In this document: positions 7,102-13,800 of the stretch, one piece after another | How positions within the stretch are numbered: the stretch's first letter is position 1 | How the letters are laid out: every line of letters starts with the position of its first letter | NCBI GenBank assembly: GCA_038208905.1 | Contig: JBBQYG010000090.1 | Location: forward strand, 1-15,627 | From: Candidatus Sumerlaeia bacterium | Lineage (GTDB): Bacteria > Sumerlaeota > Sumerlaeia > SLMS01 | Direction: 5' to 3' | Length of the DNA stretch: 15,627 nucleotides | The notes under the pieces: model-generated | What the model saw: only the letters and a program-made list of their open reading frames with translations | Database searches by the model: none | What the model was told of the DNA's origin: nothing | Position numbers and translations under genes: made by a program

Positions 7102-9816
7102 TCAGCGCGCGGCGCCCTTGCCCGTCTCGGGCTTGAACTCGATGCGCTTCATGATCGTGTCCATGAGTGCAGCGCGGAGCTCCTCCAGCTTGGGGCCTTC
7201 CTGCAGCTTGCTGGCTTCCAGATCGGTGACATAGAAGACGTCGACCACCTGATAGCTCTCCGTCGCGATGAAGGCGAGGTCGATGTTGATGGAGAACGTG
7301 TCGAAGACCGCCGTGATCTCGCTGAGGAGGCCGGGGCGGTCGGGCGCGCGGACCTCGATGACGGTGTGGGAGGAGGAGGTTTCGTTGCCGATGTCCACGC
7401 GCGGCGGTCGCAGGTTGAGGCGGTCGGGCGTCATGGGAAAGACGCTGGACTTGTCGATGCTCTTGGACCAGTTGGGCTTCTCGCCCGTTTGCAGGATGCG
7501 CGTCATCAGGATGCAGATTCGATTGAGTACATCGCCCAGCGACGGGCGAATCACGGGGGGCACCTGGACTTGGAAGATATCCACGGCCTCTCCGGAGGCG
7601 GCTGTATAGATCTGGGCGGAGAGAATGTTGAATCCCTTGGACGCCATCGCGCCACACAGGTTGCTGAAGAGCCCCGGCGCGTCGCGCGCCACGAAGGTGA
7701 TTTCCTCGTAGCTGCTCCCCTCGTAGCTATCGACGCGGTGAACGATGCGGCGCTCTCCGACGAGTTCGGTGGAGAGGAGGAAGTGCTTCACCATATCGAC
7801 GGGAAGGACGGACGCGAGATAGCGTTCCGGCATGTCGCCGAGGAAGTGATCCAGATCGCCGCGCTGCCACTCGTGGCCGGGGGCGGCCTTGGAGAGCTCG
7901 GCCCAGATCTGCTCGCGCTCGTGGGTGCGGGGCTGGCGGTGGGTACGCTCGCGATGAACCCCGCGCAGCGCGTCCAGCGTGCGCTCGAAAAGGTCCATCA
8001 TCAGCCGCCCGCGCCAGGCGTTCCAGGACTCGGCCGATACCGCGCGCAGGTCGCAGATCGAATGCACATAGAGCATCCGCAGCATCTCGGGATTCGCGGC
8101 GGCCTCGGCCAGTTCCCGCGCCACCAGGGGATCCTCGATGTCGCGACGGAGCGCCATGTGGCCCATCTTCTGGTGGTTGGCGATCAGGCTGCGGAGGATT
8201 TCGCGCTCCACGGGGCGCAGGTCCATGCGCTCTGAAATGCGCTGGGCCGTGTGCATTCCGCGGATCACGTGGGCGCGGCCCTCTCCCTTGCCCACGTCGT
8301 GCAGCAGCAGCGCGAAGTGCAGCAGGTCGATGCGCAGGACTTCCTTCGCCGCTTCGGAGACGTGCTCCATTCCCTCTGGCGGCGCCTCGCGCAGAAGCTC
8401 CTCGCACACGCCCACGCTGCGGATCAGGTGCTCGTCCACGGTGAACTGGTGATAGTGGTCGATGCGGGGCAGGTTGTGGACACAGGCGAACTCCGGCAGG
8501 AACCGCGAGAGGAATCCGCAGCGGTTCATTGCGCGGAGCGTGTTGGCGATGTTGCCGGGATTGCGCAGGATCGAGAGGAAGATGTCGCGCGCCACCGGCG
8601 ACTTGCGGAAGGCGTCGTCAATGCGCGGAAGGCGGTCCTCGATGTGGCGCAGCGTCGCGTCGGGAATCTGGTGTCCGTCTCGGGCCGCCGCCTCGAACAG
8701 GCGCATGGTCCAGAACTTGTCCGCGTCGAGCGCGTTCAGGTCGCGCTCCTCCACCCAGATGCGCCCGCTGCGCGCCCAGAAGTCGCGGCCCGCGGGCCGG
8801 GGGAGCGCCACCTCGCTGATGCTCTCCTGCGTGCCCGGCGTGTGGCGAAGCGCCGAATCCATCACGCGGCGACCGATGCGCTCCACCAGCGAGGCATGGT
8901 CATAGTACTGCCGCATCAGGCTCTCCTCCGCCAGAGAGGCGTCGGTGCTCTCCATCCCCATCGTCTTTGCCACGCTGATCTGGCGCTCGATCGTCAGCTT
9001 GTCCACGCGGCGATTTTCAGAGAGGTGCAGGCTGTTGCGCACGTCGAGCAGGAACGACCACGCCGCCAGAAGCCGCGTCAGTTCCGACTCCGAAATGAGC
9101 CCATTCTCCACCAGCACCCGCAAGTTGGAGACGCCGTGGTTTGCAAACGCGATCCACAGGATGTAGTGCAGATCGCGCAGCGCCCCGCGGGAATTCTTGA
9201 TATCCGGCTCCAGCAGGAACACCGTGTCGCCGTGGCGCACGTGGCGGGTCTTGATCTCCGCGCGCAGCGACTCCACATACCACAGCAGGTGGTTCTTGCG
9301 CAGCTTCGCGTGGAGACGCTCCGTCAGCTCCTCCCACAGCGACACTTCGCCCCAGATGTGGCGCGTCTCCAGGAACGCCGTCGTCTTGTTCAGGTCCTCG
9401 CCCAGCGCCGCCAGCGCATCGCGGATCGAGTGGACGCAGTAGCCCAGATCGAGTCGCAGATTCCAGAGCGGATAGAGCACCGCCTTGATGAAGGCCTCCT
9501 CCTCCGGCGTCGGCTGGCGCTCCGTCAGGAAACAGAAGTCGATGTCGGAGTGGAAGACCATCTCGCCCCGGCCAAAGCCGCCGATGGCGATCAGGGCCAA
9601 CCCCTCGCGCAACGCCTCGCAACCCAGCCGCTTCGCCGTCGCCTCCATGTGATGGTGGAACAGGCGCTGGATGCTGGCCGAGTAGAGCGCCACCGCCTCC
9701 AGCCCATTCACGGACCGGTGCCGCGCCCGGGCCTCCTCGCGCGCGGCGTCCAGCATCGCCTTCAACTCGGCGAGATAATCGGCTTCGGCGGCGGAGGTTT
9801 CGGTGGCGGATGACAT
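7102..9816 (-). CDS. glnD: Bifunctional [protein-PII] uridylyltransferase / uridylyl-removing enzyme (904 aa)
   Basis: Nucleotidyltransferase motif ALIAIGGFGRGEMVFHSDIDF, LEPDIKNSRGALRDLH, HD region YHQFTVDEH...LLHDVGKG, and two C-terminal ACT domains (ARDAPGLFS, APDRPGLL, VVDVFYV). Start re-called to ATG 9816 (MSSATE), with AAAGGA upstream. Confidence 0.96.
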   Translation of the reverse strand: MSSATETSAAEADYLAELKAMLDAAREEARARHRSVNGLEAVALYSASIQRLFHHHMEATAKRLGCEALREGLALIAIGGFGRGEMVFHSDIDFCFLTERQPTPEEEAFIKAVLYPLWNLRLDLGYCVHSIRDALAALGEDLNKTTAFLETRHIWGEVSLWEELTERLHAKLRKNHLLWYVESLRAEIKTRHVRHGDTVFLLEPDIKNSRGALRDLHYILWIAFANHGVSNLRVLVENGLISESELTRLLAAWSFLLDVRNSLHLSENRRVDKLTIERQISVAKTMGMESTDASLAEESLMRQYYDHASLVERIGRRVMDSALRHTPGTQESISEVALPRPAGRDFWARSGRIWVEERDLNALDADKFWTMRLFEAAARDGHQIPDATLRHIEDRLPRIDDAFRKSPVARDIFLSILRNPGNIANTLRAMNRCGFLSRFLPEFACVHNLPRIDHYHQFTVDEHLIRSVGVCEELLREAPPEGMEHVSEAAKEVLRIDLLHFALLLHDVGKGEGRAHVIRGMHTAQRISERMDLRPVEREILRSLIANHQKMGHMALRRDIEDPLVARELAEAAANPEMLRMLYVHSICDLRAVSAESWNAWRGRLMMDLFERTLDALRGVHRERTHRQPRTHEREQIWAELSKAAPGHEWQRGDLDHFLGDMPERYLASVLPVDMVKHFLLSTELVGERRIVHRVDSYEGSSYEEITFVARDAPGLFSNLCGAMASKGFNILSAQIYTAASGEAVDIFQVQVPPVIRPSLGDVLNRICILMTRILQTGEKPNWSKSIDKSSVFPMTPDRLNLRPPRVDIGNETSSSHTVIEVRAPDRPGLLSEITAVFDTFSINIDLAFIATESYQVVDVFYVTDLEASKLQEGPKLEELRAALMDTIMKRIEFKPETGKGAAR

Positions 9817-9892
9817 GGGGGCGGGATGCTTCCTTTCGATCTGGAGCGCAGCCTTGACCAATCCCGATCCCAAGGGAAAGCGGGATGATGCC

Positions 9893-9994
9893 CATGGGAA
9901 CGCCGATCTCCCGATCGGCTGGCCCAACCGCGCGGCCCAATGGTAAGCGCGAAAGCAAACGGCAACGGCGCCAATACGGGGATTGGCGTTCCCA
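9893..9994. repeat. REP-like palindrome doublet A (two inverted REP units, 41-nt spacer)
   Basis: Unit 1 (+, 9893-9919) is CATGGGAACGCCGATCTCCCGATCGGC. Unit 2 (-, 9961-9994) reads TGGGAACGCCAATCCCCGTATTGGCGCCGTTGCC. Each contains an internal hairpin, and both units recur at 10587-10687. Confidence 0.8.
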
Positions 9995-10016
9995 CTTGAT
10001 TTTGTGAAGGAAGAAA

Positions 10017-10093
10017 TGGCGAGAGTGACGGGACTTGAACCCGCGACCTTCGGCGTGACAGGCCGACGCTCTAACCAGCTGAGCTACACCCCC
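10017..10093 (-). tRNA. tRNA-Asp(GTC)
   Basis: The reverse complement GGGGGTGTAGCTCAGCTGGTTAGAGCGTCGGCCTGTCACGCCGAAGGTCGCGGGTTCAAGTCCCGTCACTCTCGCCA folds as a 77-nt cloverleaf with anticodon GTC and encoded CCA. Confidence 0.97.
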
Positions 10094-10147
10094 GCAAAAC
10101 TGCGTGCCCCGGTCCTCTGGCGTTCCGCCATCGGCTTTGGTGGCCGT

Positions 10148-10224
10148 TGGTGGGCGGAACAGGATTTGAACCTGTGACCCCCAGCTTGTAAGGCTGGTGC
10201 TCTAACCGGCTGAGCTATCCGCCC
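10148..10224 (-). tRNA. tRNA-Val(TAC)
   Basis: The reverse complement GGGCGGATAGCTCAGCCGGTTAGAGCACCAGCCTTACAAGCTGGGGGTCACAGGTTCAAATCCTGTTCCGCCCACCA has the anticodon arm CCAGC-CTTACAA-GCTGG and encoded CCA. Confidence 0.97.
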
Positions 10225-10257
10225 AGGTTCGCGCGGCGTCACCCGCAAGGCTTTGGG

Positions 10258-10286
10258 AGCGTCGGGATGAGGCCGGGGCGCGTCAA
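10258..10286 (-). promoter_or_regulatory. Putative sigma70-type promoter for tRNA-Val/tRNA-Asp
   Basis: The minus strand reads TTGACG (10286-10281), a 17-nt spacer, then GACGCT (10263-10258, keeps -11A and -7T). It ends 33 nt upstream of tRNA-Val. Confidence 0.5.
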
Positions 10287-10319
10287 GAGATAATGGCAGG
10301 CGGATGGCAGGGAAAATCA

Positions 10320-10376
10320 GGGAACGGCGGGTACAGCGGGAACAGCGGGGAATGGGGAATGGGGAATTGGGAATGG
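10320..10376 (+). repeat. Short tandem repeats: 3 x 9-mer (GGGWACRGC) then 4 x 7-mer (KGGGAAT); G-quadruplex-capable
   Basis: The sequence is GGGAACGGC GGGTACAGC GGGAACAGC GGGGAAT GGGGAAT GGGGAAT TGGGAAT GG, lying between the divergent tRNA promoters. Confidence 0.8.
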
Positions 10377-10451
10377 TTTGGGTGCCGCGTGGGCTTGTCC
10401 CTTTCGCCTCTGCCGCCCCTTGGGTCCCCCGGCGACCCCGGAATTGCCCGG

Positions 10452-10481
10452 TTGACTTGGCCCCGCGCCTTGGCGATCACT
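10452..10481 (+). promoter_or_regulatory. Putative promoter for tRNA-Arg
   Basis: TTGACT (10452-10457), 17 nt, then GATCACT (10475-10481), ending 15 nt before the tRNA. The -10 element is non-canonical. Confidence 0.4.
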
Positions 10482-10496
10482 CCCGGGCCCGGCCGC

Positions 10497-10573
10497 GTTC
10501 CCGTAGCTCAGCTGGATAGAGCACCGGTTTCCTAAACCGGGGGTCAGAGGTTCGAGTCCTCTCGGGAACGCCA
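10497..10573 (+). tRNA. tRNA-Arg(CCT)
   Basis: GTTCCCGTAGCTCAGCTGGATAGAGCACCGGTTTCCTAAACCGGGGGTCAGAGGTTCGAGTCCTCTCGGGAACGCCA has the anticodon arm CCGGT-TTCCTAA-ACCGG, acceptor GTTCCCG/CGGGAAC and encoded CCA. Confidence 0.97.
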
Positions 10574-10586
10574 CTCACCTCGCCGC

Positions 10587-10687
10587 TGGGAACGCCAATC
10601 TCCGTATTGGCGCCGTTGCCGACAGCCTTCCTGTTCGCCACCCGCCACGTCCTGCCGCCCGCCGATCGGGGGATCGCCGTTCCCATG
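10587..10687. repeat. REP-like palindrome doublet B (inverted counterpart of doublet A, 40-nt spacer)
   Basis: Unit 3 (+, 10587-10620), TGGGAACGCCAATCTCCGTATTGGCGCCGTTGCC, matches unit 2 at 33/34. Unit 4 (-, 10661-10687), CATGGGAACGGCGATCCCCCGATCGGC, matches unit 1 at 25/27. Confidence 0.8.
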
Positions 10688-10694
10688 TCCGGCC

Positions 10695-10725
10695 TTGACT
10701 GTACGCTTTGGAACAAGGGATCACT
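10695..10725 (+). promoter_or_regulatory. Putative promoter for the large secreted-protein gene
   Basis: TTGACT (10695-10700), 18 nt, then GATCACT (10719-10725). These are the same two boxes found upstream of tRNA-Arg. Confidence 0.35.
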
Positions 10726-10867
10726 TACTCAAAGCATGCAGAAGGCTGATTCTGGCGCTGTTCCGGAAATTGGGCTAGGTGGCGAACTTTTGGCTGGATG
10801 GCGTTTTCACAGTTTTTCCGCCCCCCCCGGGCTAGGTCCCGGATTTCATTCATAAGAGGTGCTTGCG

Positions 10868-13800
10868 ATGTTCCACAGTCGGTGTTGCCTCGCCGTTGCC
10901 AAGCGTCTGCTCTGCTTTCTTGGCCTTCTGGCGCTCTTTGCATTTCGATCCGTCGGCGCACAGGAGCCGACCGAGCCGCTCCCCACCGAGCTACCTCCTC
11001 CGATCACCATCGAGGGGAACATCACGGCCATTCTGGAAGTGGTTCCCCAGATTTATCGGGGCGGGTTCCGCATGGGCGAGCAGACGATCCTCGTTGCGCT
11101 GGATGCCTCCATCGTTGGGCTGAACGGCGATGACGTGCCGTTCTCCAACCTTGCCGTAGGTAAGCGCGTGGTGGTGGTTGGCCGCCCCGGCGAGGGTCCT
11201 GCGAACTCGACCTTCGGCCCGCCGATCATCGCGTCCCAGGTCAATATCCTGGGCAGAACTGAAACGCCGCTGCCCACGCCGACCATCGGCGAGCCCACGC
11301 CGACGGCGCCGCCCACCAAGACGCCCGAGCAGCCGAGCCGCATCGACGGCGTGATTGCCGAAATTTTCGAGGTAGTCCCCGCGATCTATCAGGGCGGGTT
11401 TCGCCTGGGGACGATCACGGCAACGCCCGGAACCGCCGTGATGGTGGGGCTGGACGCCGAGATTGTCGGGCCCGAGGGGGATGCGCTTTCCTTTGGCGAC
11501 CTGACGATTGGCCATCGCGTTGTGGTGGACGGCCGGTTTCTGGTGTCGTCCATCACTCCGGGGGTGAATGAGTCCACCCCCCCGATCGCCACGCCGACGT
11601 TTGTCGCCAGCCGCGTGAAGGTGCTTGGCACCGCGCCCACGGCGACGCCACGCCCGTCGCCCACGATTAATCCAGAGCCAACGCCCACGATCCAGCCCTC
11701 GCCCACGGCGGGCGAGCCGATCCGCCGCGAGGGCACCATCGCCGAGTTCCTGATCGTCCCCGCGATCTACCAGGGCGGCTTCCGCCTCGGGAATAGCGCG
11801 GGCACAATCGGCCTCGCCGTCATCGTGGACCTTGAGGCGAGGGTCATCGGTCGCGATGGCGAGCCGATCTCCTTCGGCGACCTGACGGTGGGCGACCGGA
11901 TCGAGGCGAGGGGCCAGTTCCTTCCCGCTCCGCCGCCGGGCCCCACCGAGCAAATCTTCGCGCCGACGCTGATCGCCAGCGAGGTCCGCGTCCTTCGCAA
12001 TACCGAAACGCCGCGCCCCACACCGACGATTACTCCCGTTGAAACGCCGCGGCCCAGCCCGACCATCCGCCCTACCGAAACGCCACGGCCGACCTTTACT
12101 CCCGTTGGAACTCCCATCGGCCAGCCGCCCATCCGCATCGAGGGCGTTGTCGAGTCCATCAGCCTCCAGCGCAGCCAGTTCGTCGTCCGCGGCGTCCTTG
12201 TCCGCGTGACGGATGGCACTGAACTCCGCGACGACGGCGGCACGGCATTCCGACTCGTTGACCTGATGGTCGGCAACCGGGTGATCGTGACCGGCGCCAA
12301 GGCCGAGGAGGGCGTGGTGATTGCGCGCCTGGTCCTTCGCCTGCCGCGTCCGACCGATCCGCCCCCGGCGGAATTCACCGGCGCCATCGCCCACATCGAC
12401 TATGCCACGCGCCGCCTCTTCGCTGCGGGGACCAACGTCAACGCCACGTCGGATACCGTTGTCCTGAACCAGGACGGGCGCGTGATCCGCTTCGCCGAAC
12501 TGCGCGTGGGCGACAACATCCGCGTGAAGGGTACCTATGCGCCCTTCCCGACGCTGGCCGAGATCGCACAGCCGCTCCTCCCCGAAGTCACCGCCCGTAG
12601 CATCGAACTGCTCCGCGCGCCATGCCTCGAGACCGTCGCCGAGGGCGACCTCGCCTTCTCGATCGGCGAAGACCCCGCCGAAGGAACCTCCGCCGAGCGG
12701 CTGTGGTGCGTTGGCGAGCGTTGCTTCTCCATCGTTTCCGAGACCGAGTTCTCCACCGCGCGCGGCGAGGAACTGACCATCGCCGACTTCGCCGAGGGCG
12801 ACCGCGTCGCCATCAAGGGCTGCATCCGGCCCGACCGCGGCGGCATTGCCCGCCACGTGGTTCTTCTGCCCGAGCGGGAAGAGGAGCCGATCTGCCGCGC
12901 CAACATCTCCTTCGCCGGAATCGTCAGCGTGGTTGATACCGACACATCGACGGTGGTGGTCGGCGACCGCACGGTCCTGGTGACGGAGCAGACCCGCATC
13001 ACCGGCCGCAACGAAGGCCGCCTGGCCCTTGCCGATGTCGCCGTGGGCGATCTGGCTCACGTCGATGCCTTCTCCGAAACCAATGACACGCGCTCGATGA
13101 TGGTCGCCTGCTTCATACGCCTGGGCGACGCGCCCGAGCCGCCCCCCACCATCGAGCACCGCATCGTCGGTCGCATCGATTCCATTACCACGTCGCCCGC
13201 CACGCTCGTCGTGCGCGAGACGACGATCACCGTTTCCAACGAGACCGAGATCATCGGCCGCCGCGATGGCGAGTTCGCCTTCGGGGACTTGACCGTTGGT
13301 CTTCTGGTGGATGTGCGCGGCCTGCGCTCGGCGGATGGCGTGCTGGCGGCGGCCCGCATCCGCGTGCAGGAGGAGAATCTGGAACCCAAGCCGCTCCTTC
13401 CGATCCGCGGCCTGATCACGGCGCTGGCGCTCCCCGCCTCGCTGACCATCGGCGACCGCAACGTCGTCCTCACCGCCGAGACCGAGTTCATCGGACCGCG
13501 CGGCGAGGCGATCGACTCCTCCGCCATCCTCGTCGGCGACGCCGTGGTGGCGTTCCCCGATCGCGGGGACAACAGCCTGCGGGAAGTGCCGCCGGCCTTT
13601 GTGGCCAAGCGCGTCCGCCTGAACGCGGCGATCCTGGAATCCATCGGGACCGATCCCAACACCATCACCGTCGCCGGCGAGAGACTCGCCGTCACCGACG
13701 CAACCGTGCTCCGCGATTCCGCCACTGGCGACATCGCGTTTGCGGATCTCGTCGTGGGCGATCTGTTGCGCGTCCGCCGGAACGACGGCGTTGCGACCTT

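Noticed and set aside
7094..7657. 188-aa N-terminal extension of the ABC ATPase in the ORF track
   Set aside because: It lies almost entirely within glnD in another frame and has low-complexity Arg/His/Pro content. ATG 7093, just after the glnD stop, gives a normal domain start.
4377..9813. Long plus-strand ORFs opposite TolC and glnD (4377-5720, 7366-8235, 8251-9813) and other overlapping frames
   Set aside because: These are antisense or alternate-frame shadows typical of high-GC DNA. The minus-strand genes carry all the recognisable motifs.
9817..9927. Upstream in-frame start for glnD at 9927
   Set aside because: It would translate through REP unit 1. ATG 9816 has a purine-rich upstream motif and gives a typical GlnD length.
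10564..10597. 10-nt duplication of the tRNA-Arg 3' end as an attL/attR pair of an integrated element
   Set aside because: The copies are only 14 nt apart, there is no integrase in the window, and the same sequence heads the REP units elsewhere. It is kept only as a REP/tRNA similarity finding.
9893..10687. Palindromic repeats with ~40-nt spacers as a CRISPR array
   Set aside because: Units within each pair are inverted rather than direct, there are only two per locus, and no cas genes are present.
9983..10855. Short ORFs across the tRNA cluster and intergenic repeats
   Set aside because: They overlap tRNA genes, REP units or simple repeats, and their translations just mirror those repeats (e.g. 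GNSGEWGMGNWEW).
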